This document shows, in pieces, positions 46,212 to 55,900 of a stretch of DNA of 64,000 nt (position 1 is its first letter; the number at the start of each line of letters is the position of its first letter). The notes under the pieces were generated by a model, which was given only the letters and a program-made list of their open reading frames with translations, had not been told where the DNA came from and searched no databases. The translations under genes and the position numbers were made by a program. Source of the DNA: Oscillospiraceae bacterium (GTDB lineage Bacteria > Bacteroidota > Bacteroidia > Bacteroidales > WCHB1-69); contig CAVCMI010000006.1 in NCBI GenBank assembly GCA_963603365.1, positions 82 through 64,081 of the forward strand, read 5' to 3'.

Positions 46212-47091
46212 GTTCGGTGCCCGACTTGCCTTCGGCGGTTCGGTATTTCACGGTATAGACATACACGGACTGCGGCAGCGGGTCGCCGGTGTCAAGGCGT
46301 TTGCCGTTCCAGCCCTGGTCGATATGTTTGGAGCTGAAGACGTTTTCGCCGTTTCGGGTGTAGATGTCGAGTTCAAAGAAAGTGCATTGCTCGCTGCATT
46401 GCAGCAGGAAAAGGTCGTTGAGGCCGTCGTTGTTGGGGGTGAAGGCGTTTGGTGCTATGAACAGCCGCGTCGGCTCTGCGGCGGGCCCGGGCGCAGGTTC
46501 GACAGTGTCAGGGGCGGTTTCTTGGATGCCGGCGTCGGCTGCTTTAGGCTGCAGTTCGGAGAACGGCAGCGGCTGCAACGGCTTTACCGGCGGGACGCTC
46601 TTGCTGACGCCAGGCGAGAGCGGCTTGAGGCTGATGTGTTGAGTTCCGTTGCCCGGGGCCGGAACAGTCTGGGCGGGGCGGCTGCTGTTGTCGGCGGCTT
46701 GTGCCCGAGGTGTTGCAGTTGTGGCAGCAGGGGCTGCATCTCTCTCTTTGTGGACGGTTGCGGCGGCTTTTGTCTCCAGTGGGGAATGGGCAGTCGTTGC
46801 TGCTGTTGTGCAGTCGTTGTCAGCGGATGTTGCGGGCGTGGCTTGCGCCGAGGGCTGAGCATGGCCGGCAAAGGTTGTTGCGGCGCGTTGCGGGCGCGGC
46901 AGGGCAATGCACAGGGCTACGGCAACGGCAGCTATGGTGATGCAAGCCGTTCCGAAGGGCAGGAACTTGCGCAGTTTGCGTATGCGCCGGTTGCGCTTCA
47001 ACGCGGAGTCGCGGTCAAGACGTGCCCACCCGGCCTCATCTATGGGCGGACGGTATGCTTCAAATTGTTCTTTCAGTGTCTTCTTGTTCAT
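46186..47091 (-). CDS. Anti-sigma-like single-pass membrane protein carrying a T9SS type B C-terminal sorting domain
   Basis: 301 aa. ATGA overlap with the ECF sigma stop. N-terminal 40 aa with PPIDEAGWARL (compare YPFKEAAWDSF in ORF 138-707). TM helix FGTACITIAAVAVALCIAL. Ala/Pro/Thr-rich linker. C-terminal 92 aa APNAFTPNNDGLNDLF...GWNGK...SVYVYTV...GQILLIR. Confidence 0.7.
   Translation of the reverse strand: MNKKTLKEQFEAYRPPIDEAGWARLDRDSALKRNRRIRKLRKFLPFGTACITIAAVAVALCIALPRPQRAATTFAGHAQPSAQATPATSADNDCTTAATTAHSPLETKAAATVHKERDAAPAATTATPRAQAADNSSRPAQTVPAPGNGTQHISLKPLSPGVSKSVPPVKPLQPLPFSELQPKAADAGIQETAPDTVEPAPGPAAEPTRLFIAPNAFTPNNDGLNDLFLLQCSEQCTFFELDIYTRNGENVFSSKHIDQGWNGKRLDTGDPLPQSVYVYTVKYRTAEGKSGTEHGQILLIR
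46189..46464 (-). other. Segment encoding a T9SS type B CTD (TIGR04131-like)
   Basis: Same pattern as 42799-43071, read directly in translation. Confidence 0.7.
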
Positions 47092-47645
47092 ATATTGTAT
47101 TCTTCGTGATTCAAATAGCGTCTTATTTTCTGTTTCAGGATGTTTCGTGCCCTGAACACCAGTGTCCGCACGTTTGTGGGGGTTTCGCCCATCTTCGTGA
47201 CTATGTCATCATAGTCCATGCCGTCAATGACATACAGGTTGAAGGCTATGCGGTATTTGTCGGGCAGTTCGTTGATGAATGACACGAGCTTTGCCATAGA
47301 GAGCGTTTCCTCGCCGGTTTTGATGTCTGCGGCGGCGGGTTCGCAGGTCAGGTCCTCGAGAGGCATCTGCCTGGTGCGCTGGCATTTGCGGTAGTGGTCG
47401 ATGGCCTTGTTCACGGCAATGCGGCGAAGCCAGGCCTGCAGCGAGGTGATGTTCTCGAAACGGCGGAAGTTGACCAAGATGAACAGGAACGTGTCGTGGA
47501 AGAGGTCTTCGGCCTCCTCCGGCGAGGCGGCATACCGCATGCAGATGCCCCGTATGGCAGGGCCGTACTCCAGATAGAGTTGCCTCTGGCTTGCTTTGTC
47601 GCCCTCCATGCACCCTTTTATCAGTTGTCGTTCTTTCTCGGACAT
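47088..47645 (-). CDS. RNA polymerase ECF-type sigma factor
   Basis: Start set at ATG 47645 (MSEKERQLIKGCMEGD). Region 2 (RQLYLEYGPAIRGICMRYAASPEEAEDLFHDTFLFI) and region 4 (DYDDIVTKMGETPTNVRTLVFRARNILKQK). Confidence 0.85.
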   Translation of the reverse strand: MSEKERQLIKGCMEGDKASQRQLYLEYGPAIRGICMRYAASPEEAEDLFHDTFLFILVNFRRFENITSLQAWLRRIAVNKAIDHYRKCQRTRQMPLEDLTCEPAAADIKTGEETLSMAKLVSFINELPDKYRIAFNLYVIDGMDYDDIVTKMGETPTNVRTLVFRARNILKQKIRRYLNHEEYNI

Positions 47646-47738
47646 CGTGCGGTTGTTCTTTCTGTTGACGATTGTTGACGCTTTGCGTTGCAGTCTGCCT
47701 TTTTTTTTGTTGTTTTGCAACCTTGTTTTTCCTTTGGA

Positions 47739-48341
47739 ATGAAGAAACTGCAAAAATCGTTTTTTTTAGGACACGACGTGCTGGGAATTGCCCGCAGTCT
47801 GCTGGGAAAATATCTGTTCACGATGAAAGAAGGGCAGATTGCGGGCGGCATCATCTCGGAGGTGGAGGCCTACAAAGGCACTGCCGACCGGGGCTCGCAT
47901 GCTTACGGGGGACGCCGCACCCGACGCAATGAGATGATGTACCACCAAGGCGGCGTGGCCTATATCTACCGCTGCTACGGCATACACAATCTGCTGAACT
48001 TCGTCACGAACGAGGCTGACGAGCCCGATGCCGTATTGGTGCGCGGCATCATTCCGACCCACGGCGAGGAACTGATGCTGTTGCGCAGCGGCAAACGGCA
48101 GGCTTCCCCGTACATGGCCACCGGTCCCGGCAGGGTGTCCCGCGCACTCGGGCTGACAATGGAAGACAACGGCCGCCCCCTCGACGGCGATGTCATCTGG
48201 CTTGAAGACCGTGGCCTTGAAACGCCGTCCGGACACATTGCAGCCACTCCACGCATCGGCATTGACTACGCCGGCCCAGACGCCCTGCTGCCGTACCGCT
48301 TCGTGCTGCATTATGGCCTCTTGCCTCTTGCCCCTTGCTGA
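47739..48341 (+). CDS. mpg: DNA-3-methyladenine glycosylase (Mpg/AAG family)
   Basis: Start set at ATG 47739. Blocks GGIISEVEAYKGTADRGSHAYGGRRTRRNEMMY and GVAYIYRCYGIHNLLNFV. Confidence 0.85.
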   Translation: MKKLQKSFFLGHDVLGIARSLLGKYLFTMKEGQIAGGIISEVEAYKGTADRGSHAYGGRRTRRNEMMYHQGGVAYIYRCYGIHNLLNFVTNEADEPDAVLVRGIIPTHGEELMLLRSGKRQASPYMATGPGRVSRALGLTMEDNGRPLDGDVIWLEDRGLETPSGHIAATPRIGIDYAGPDALLPYRFVLHYGLLPLAPC

Positions 48342-48483
48342 CATCCCTTCTCCTTACACAGAATACCTCCACAGGAGTCCGGAACCGACAAATAAACATT
48401 CATTAACGTTTTTATTGCTCTGAAATAAAGCAATATATATGTTTTAATGTAAAACAGGAGGCGAATGTGACTCCCTTTTGACG

Positions 48484-48491
48484 TAATTTTG
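48484..48491 (+). promoter_or_regulatory. Candidate -7 promoter box (TAATTTTG)
   Basis: Matches TAnnTTTG 67 nt upstream of ATG 48558. It lies in sequence paralogous to the promoter region of the giant gene. Confidence 0.35.
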
Positions 48492-48557
48492 CGCGTTCGT
48501 TCCGGGGGAGGCAATGATGCACAAAGCGGCACAGCACACGCCCGGCGGCACAACGCT

Positions 48558-49631
48558 ATGCAAATGAAACGTCTCACACTCTTCGCGCTCTGCCTTCTCT
48601 CGGGCGCAGGCTATGTTTCAGCTCAAGGACCCTATCAGTTCCCGAATGCCGACTTTGAGAGCTGGGTCTCCACCGGCAGCGGCAATGCCGTGCCCGCCCA
48701 CTGGCACTCGTTCAGCAATATGCAGTGCGACTTGACGTTGGGCATAGGCTGCGGCACGGCCATGAAGAACCACAGCGACCGCATTGCACGCCCGAACGGC
48801 GGCTATGCCCTCCAGATCTACGCCAAAAGCGTTCTGGGCATCATTGCCAACGGCGCTATGACCACAGGACGCACCCGTGTGGCAAGCCTTAACGCCGGCA
48901 GCCCCGAGAACTACAATTACGACCCTGCGGGCTACCGCTGGCCTTTTCACGGCCGCCCCGATTCCATTGCGTTCCTTGCCCGCAGCAGCGGCGGCATCTC
49001 CGGCAACGCCCTCTTCAAGGTGTTCATACACGACGGCCGTACCTATTACGACAAGGCAAACGGCGACTTACAAGGCACCTGCTACGGGCAGATGATCATT
49101 GCTTTCCATCCCACCTCCCACTGGAAACGCTTTGCCAAGAAAGTTACCTGGACCGGCTCTGCCGCGCGCCCGAGCCTGATTCTCGGCTCTTTCTCGACCA
49201 ACGAGAAGGCCGGCGGAGGCTCCAGCAGCGACAAACTCGATGTGGATGCGCTGCGCTGCATCTACGACAAGGGGCTCTCTTCGCTCTCTGTTGACGGCGT
49301 GAACCAACCCGGCATGCTTGATGCCTTTAACTGTGCCGAGTTTGCCACCCACGACGGACTCACCCACGACGGATCCAACTCGGGCATCGCCTCCGCCCTC
49401 TATGTGCTCCCCGCCGACTTCAACACAAGCAGTGGCTTTCCGCTGGTGCGCGCAGAAAAACGCTCTCCGCTTGCCACTTCCGTTATGGTGACGCAGGCCA
49501 CGAAAAGCACCCCCCAAGCCACCATTACGGTTACCCACAACGACGGCTCCGCCTTTACCTACATTGTCCGTTTCGCTCCTTCACGCACATCTGCCGAAAC
49601 AGCAATGCTCTGCCGCCCCGGTGGGGAGTAG
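48558..49631 (+). CDS. Secreted stand-alone paralogue of the giant protein N-terminal domain (PCMD-like, putative carbohydrate-binding)
   Basis: Start set at ATG 48558/48564 (MQMKRLTLFALCLLSGAGYVSAQ). By eye, roughly two thirds of residues are identical to residues 1-335 of ORF 49930-60513 (QFPNADFE.W, GGYALQIYAKSV, ARSSGGISGNALFKVFIHDG, ATITVTHNDGS). No CTD. Confidence 0.6.
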   Translation: MQMKRLTLFALCLLSGAGYVSAQGPYQFPNADFESWVSTGSGNAVPAHWHSFSNMQCDLTLGIGCGTAMKNHSDRIARPNGGYALQIYAKSVLGIIANGAMTTGRTRVASLNAGSPENYNYDPAGYRWPFHGRPDSIAFLARSSGGISGNALFKVFIHDGRTYYDKANGDLQGTCYGQMIIAFHPTSHWKRFAKKVTWTGSAARPSLILGSFSTNEKAGGGSSSDKLDVDALRCIYDKGLSSLSVDGVNQPGMLDAFNCAEFATHDGLTHDGSNSGIASALYVLPADFNTSSGFPLVRAEKRSPLATSVMVTQATKSTPQATITVTHNDGSAFTYIVRFAPSRTSAETAMLCRPGGE

Positions 49632-49632
49632 A

Positions 49633-49666
49633 GCTTAGAGCTTGGAGCTTGGAGCTAAGCGCTTTT
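49633..49666 (+). terminator. Weak candidate terminator / gagctt-type short repeat
   Basis: Imperfect stem gcttag(ag)ct ... agctaagc, followed by a run of only four T. Confidence 0.25.
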
Positions 49667-49846
49667 CCCGCATAATATCAAATCTACGTTCTCTAATCTA
49701 AGAACCAAGTTCTAAAAAGCCGTTAGCAAGCCTCCCCATAGTTTCTATTATGTGATTCACATTCATTAACATTTTTATTTAGTTGATAATTAGTAATATA
49801 AATATTTTAATAAAACGAAAAAGGCGAAAGCAAGGTGCTTTTGTCG

Positions 49847-49854
49847 TATTTTTG
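49847..49854 (+). promoter_or_regulatory. Candidate -7 promoter box (TATTTTTG) for the giant cargo gene
   Basis: Matches TAnnTTTG 76 nt upstream of ATG 49930, in an AT-rich spacer. Confidence 0.35.
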
Positions 49855-49929
49855 CCACCGTTTTGCGGGAGAACTGTTTTCTGCCCGAAAGACTTTATGT
49901 TTTTTTGAGAATAATAAAAATCTATACAA

Positions 49930-52900
49930 ATGAAAAAATTTACATTGTCAGCCCTCTGCCTGCTCTTTGTAGCAGCCACGGCTTGCGCCCAGGGCGTTTA
50001 CCAGTTCCCGAACGCAGATTTTGAAGAATGGACCTCTTATGACGACGGCAATGCCGTGCCCGAACTATGGCACACGTTTAATACAATGCAGTGCGACTTG
50101 TTGATAGGCTGCGCCACGGCCAAGCAAAATCACAGCAACCGTGTAACAAGAGACGGCGGCGGTTATGCCCTCCAGATCTACGCCAAAAGCGTTTGGGGCA
50201 ACATTGCCAACGGCGCCATGACTACGGGGCTAACAAGAGTAGGTTCTACAACTCCGTCCAGTAATGAAAACTACAATTACGACCCTACGGGCTACCGCTG
50301 GTCTTTTCACGGCCGCCCCGACTCCATCTCTTTTTATGCGCGCAGCAGCGGCGGCATCTCCGGCAACGCCCTCTTCAAGGTGTTCATACACGACGGCAAC
50401 ACCTTTCAAGATAAAGCAGACGGCAGTTTGTCTGGGACATCATACGGCAGTATGATTTATGCTTTTCACCCCACCTCGTCGTGGGGGCGGTTTGTCAAGG
50501 AGGTTTCCTGGACAAACACCACTGCTACGCCGCAGCTGATTTTAGGTTCTTTCTCCACGAATGAGGCGGCAGGAGCGGGTTCCAGCAGCGACAAACTCGA
50601 TTTAGATGCGTTGCGCTGCATCTACGACAAGGGTCTGGCCTCACTCACCATTGGCGGCGTGAGTCAGGAAGCCATGTTGGCCACGTTCAACAATGCGGAG
50701 TTTGCCACCCATGCGGGGCTTACGGGCAACCGCACCAACTCGGGCGCAGCTGTCGCCACCTGTACGCAGCTGGTATGCTACACCTCCGACAGCGACTTTC
50801 CGCAGGTGAGCGCCACCAAACGCTCTCCGCTGGCCACCTCCATCACCGTAACACAGGCCACAATGAGCGACCCAAAAGCTACCATCACCGTCACCCATAA
50901 CGACGGTTCAACCTTTTTATATACCATATATTTCAGTGCCCATCGGCAACCTGCCACGCCGGTAATAACCACGGCGGGCAATGTGCATGCCTGCTGCGCC
51001 ACGGATGCCCTCACGCTGTCGGTATCCAACCCCAGCAACAATGCCATCCAGTGGTACCGCTTCGGCGAGCCCATCACGGGCCAAACTTCCAACAGTCTCA
51101 ACGTTTCCTTCGAAAGCCAGACTGCCGCCTCGCAGACTTACGAATATACCTGCAGGATCGACAGCAGCGGCTGCACCGCCACCTCGCAGGTCTATGCCGT
51201 GACGGTTGACTATGTGACGCCGCTCTCCAGCGCCACCGTTGCCCCCGCGAGCATCTGCGGCGCCGGCACGGTAACGTTTGCCGCCACTACTACCGCCAAC
51301 CAGGTGGTAGTATGGAAACACAACGGCATAGTGGCAGACTCCGCCATGGTGAACGCCGGCAGTGCGCGCACTTTTACGCACACCTTCACGGAGAATGACG
51401 CCGCCGGCATTTACACATACGAGTGCTATTCCAAGAATACTGCCGGATCCAACTGCCACAGCAGCGTCCGCAGCGTGGAGGTTACGCTGAATGAGATACC
51501 CGCCGCACCTGCGGTCTATTCCGACTCGCGCTGCGGGGCAGGGGAAATCTCGCTGTGGGTTTCAACCTTAGACATGGGCGACTCTGACATCTTCAGATGG
51601 TACGACAGCCCGAGCGGCGGCTCACCGCTCGCCACCGCAAACAATGACGGCAGAACCTTTACAACGACGATAAGCCAGACCACCACATTCTATGTGGAAC
51701 GCTACAATATGGCTACAGGCTGCGTGAGCGCCCGCACCGAGGTGGAGGCAAGAGTCATCACTTCTGTGCCTATGCCTACTGCCACGGTTACATCCGTGAC
51801 GCTCTGCGGGCCTGACGCTTCAGTTGAACTGGAAGCCACGCCAGCGCCGCAAACATATATATTATGGTACGCCGATGCCGATGGGCAAGATGTGGTCTTT
51901 CAAGGTTCCGTCATGTCCGTGTATGGGTCAGACGAGCCCTCCGTGCGCACTTTCTATGCTGCCGGCCATCTTGAAGGATGTCCCAGCGAGCGTTTGGCCT
52001 TCACCGTCACCACCAATGCCGTGCCCGACTTTCCCGAGGTGGTTAATGTTGGCCGCTGCGGTGCCGGCGAGGTGACATTAGAGGCTAATGGCGCCGGCAC
52101 AATCTATTGGTACGCCACCCGAGACACTGACGAGCCGATAGCCACGGGAGAGACTTTCACCACGACCATCTCGCAGACGCAAGCCTTCTTTGTGGCCGCA
52201 CGTTCTGAGGCCGGCTGTTTTAGCGGACGTTCGGAAGTTTATGGCTTTGTGCAAGAACTCCCCCAGGCGCCGCTTACGACAGACCAGTCCTATTGCGGCG
52301 CGCAGACCGTCACGCTTGATGCCAACAGCAACTATGAGCTTTCGTGGTTCAGCGATGAGGAGGGCACGCTGGCGTTGAACAGCACTGAGCAGGCCGTTTC
52401 ATCCACCACCACATTCTATGCTTTTGCCATCGACCCTCAGACCTCCTGCCGCAGCGTTGCCGCTCCGCTCACCGTGACCATCCATCCGGTGCCGGGCGTG
52501 CCCGCTACTGCCTCGCAAGTTTGTCTTGCCGGCGGCCGCATAACCCTGACGGCCGAGCCTGGAACGAACGCTACGGGCTGCTACTGGTACTTGCCCACAC
52601 AAGGGACTGTGCAAGGCACGACCTACACAACCCGCACAGTGGGCACCTACAGTGTATCTTCGTACAACGAGCATTGTGAGAGCGAATCGGTACAGGTTGT
52701 GGTGAACGCCACTCCGGACGCTCCCGTTGCCTCAGGAGACGAGCGTTGCGGTGCCGGCACTGTCATGCTGAAAGTCCAAAACCCGTCCGATGCCGCTTCT
52801 TACCTCTGGTATGCCCAGGCCCAAGGCGGCGAGCCGCTCTATACAGACTCTGCTTTCACTGTTGCAAACCTGCAGACTACCACCACCTATTATGTGGCTG

Positions 52901-55900
52901 CTTTGGTCAACGGCTGCGAGAGTCCGCGCACGGCAGTTACCGCAACAGTCAATCCGCTCCCTGCCGCCCCTATGGTATCGGGAGATATGGAAGTATGTTA
53001 CGGTCAAAGCACTATACTCACGGCCACGTTGATCAACCCCTCTGCCACCCATTGCCAGTGGCTTGGCAGTCCCAATATGGTAACGAATACTTTAACCTTA
53101 GACAACATATATGAAGACATTGTCGTCACCGTGGCTGCAGTTGACAACCTTACCTACTGCGAGAGCGAGGCCGTTACGGTGACTGTCACCATGAACCCCA
53201 CTCCTGACGAGCCTATGGTATATGACGATACGGTTTGTGCCGGCAGTCAGGTTGTGCTGCGTGCCGAACCCACGGAGCCGGAACACAGGGTGCGCTGGTA
53301 TGCCAGCCGAAACGCCACGACGGTGCTGGCAGAGGGCAACGAACTGCGCCCCGAAGGCTTGAACGTGGGAACAACCACATTCTATGCTTCTGAATACAAC
53401 ACGGCCACCGGCTGTGAGAGTGCGAGAGTGCCCGTCTACGCCGTAGTGAAGATAATGCCTGCACTGCCCGTCGTTGCCGACCTTTCCTATTGCGGCACGA
53501 GCGATGCCCAGCTCTCCATTGCCGGCGCAAGCAACGATGCTCACAGATGGTATGCCGACGCGCAGGGCAACTCCTTGATAGCCGAGGGCAACAGTTGCAC
53601 CATACGCAACGTCGCTGCAACCACTGTCTTCTATGTGGCAGCCAATCATGGCGGATGCGAAACCGCGCGGGTGCCTGTTACCGTCACCATCAACGACATT
53701 CCTGCCACGCCCATCGCCCAAGGTGACACACTTTGCTCAGCCGGGCAGGCTCAATTGACGGCCGTGCCAGCCCAAGGAACGGTCTGTCGCTGGTATGACA
53801 TAGACCTGATCAATGTAGGCAATAATGGCGACAGCCGCTCATATACCACAGAAAGCCTCGAAGAGGGAACCTATACCTATTACGTCACCTCCTACAACGA
53901 AGAAACGGGGTGCGAAAGCCAATCAGCAACTGTGAATGTACTCGTTGCCGCCCCGCTCTCTGCACCTTTCACCGAGGCGGACAGCATCTGCGGCGCCGGC
54001 ACGCTGACACTGGGCGCACGCCCGGGGAGCGACAATGTGGAATGCCGCTGGTACTTGAACGAACAACTGGTGCATACCGGAGACCACCTCGTCATTGAGA
54101 ACGCTACGAACACCGCTACTTACTTCGTTTGCCGGCACGACATGCAGAGCGGCTGCGAAAGCCAGAAGGTTGCCGTCACGGCCAAGGTGTTCCCCGTCTT
54201 CAACACCTCTTTCAGCGAAACTGTCTGCGACCGCTATACGTGGGTCAACGACACCTATACCGAGTCGGGCGACTATACCAAGACTTTCTATACGGTGAAC
54301 GGCTGCGACAGCGTAGTGACGCTGCATTTGACCGTTAACAACAGCAAGACCTCCGAGTTTGATGCCGTGGCCTGCGACCGCTATATGTGGGGCAACGACA
54401 CCTATACTGAGTCGGGCGACTATACCAAGACTTTCCAGACCGTGAACGGCTGCGACAGCGTAGTGACGATGCACCTCACCGTCAACCGTTCGACAACCGC
54501 ACAGCAAACCTTGACGCTCTGCAGCAACGAGTTGCCGGTTACTTACCACACTCTTGCCATTACGGAGGCCGGCATTTATGATGTGCATATCCAAAACCGG
54601 AACGGCTGTGACAGTCTCATCCGTCTCACCGTCGTTGTCAACCCTCAGCCTGTCGCTCCTGTTGTGTCTGACGTGGCCAAGTGCGGAGCAGGGCAGAGCT
54701 TCACCCTCCGGGCTTCGGTAGGGGAGAACGGTACTGTATGCAGATGGTACAGCACGGCAGATTCGCGGCAGAGCGCGGCTGAAGGAGCCTCGCTGGAGTT
54801 GCGCAACGTGCAGCGCGACACCGTTGTCTATGTCAGCAGTTACAATGCCGTTACCGGCTGCGAGAGCGAACGTGTTCCCGCAAGGGCTGTCGTCAACGCC
54901 ATTCCCGCCATGCCTGTTGCAGATAACCAGGAAATGTGCGGCGGCGGCACGTTTGCCTTTGAGGTTGCACCGGCTACGGAGACCAATGTCGTATTCCGTT
55001 GGTATCCGTCGCCAAATGCTGTCATGCCCATTGCCGGCGCAGGCATCACCTATGCCCCCGAAGTGTTCCAGACCACCTCATACTACGTGGAAAGCTACAG
55101 CACCGAAACGCAGTGCAAGAGCGACCGCCAGGAGGTGGTGGCCATGGTACGTGACATCCCCGCTGCGCCTTCCTTTGAACCTTACGAGTTCTGCGGTCAG
55201 GGTTCCGTAGCCCTCAACCGTCCCGAATCCGGCAACTACCGCTGGTATGCCACCGCCGACGCGGCAGAACCCCTCGCCGGCATGGAACTGAACACCATCG
55301 GCCCCGTCAGCGAAAGCGTCACCTACTACCTCAGCACCTACATCGACTATCAAAGCATTGTCTGCGAAAGCACGCAACGCGGCGCACTTCAGATAAACGT
55401 ATATCCCGCATATCAACCAAGAACCCTCTATGACACCGTCTGCCAAGGCGTGGCATACAGCAACTACGGGTACAGCAACCTTTATGAGCAGAGCGGCGAC
55501 TATACCGTTACCTTAAACCGCATATCCTCACACGGCTGCGACAGCCTCGTCACACTGCAGTTGCGGGTCAACCCTGCACAGGAAAGCCGCTTTGCCGAAA
55601 CCGTTTGCGACAGCTATGTTTGGAACGGACAGACCTATACCCAAACCGGCATCTACCAACAGACCCTCCGTACCGTCAATGGTTGTGACAGCGTAGTGAC
55701 GTTGCATTTGACCGTCAACAACAGCAAGGCCTCCGAGTTTGATGCCGTGGCCTGCGACCGCTATACGTGGGGCAACAACACCTATACGGAGACGGGCGAC
55801 TATACCAAGACTTTCTATACCGTGAACGGCTGCGACAGCGTAGTGACGCTGCATCTCATCGTCAACAACAGCAAGGCCTCCGAGTTTGATGCCGTGGCCT

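Noticed and set aside
46204-47109. 301-aa + strand ORF that mirrors the anti-sigma-like gene.
   Set aside because: The translation is Gly/Arg/Cys-rich with no motifs. The minus-strand frame carries a TM helix and a textbook type B CTD, and it is coupled to the sigma gene.
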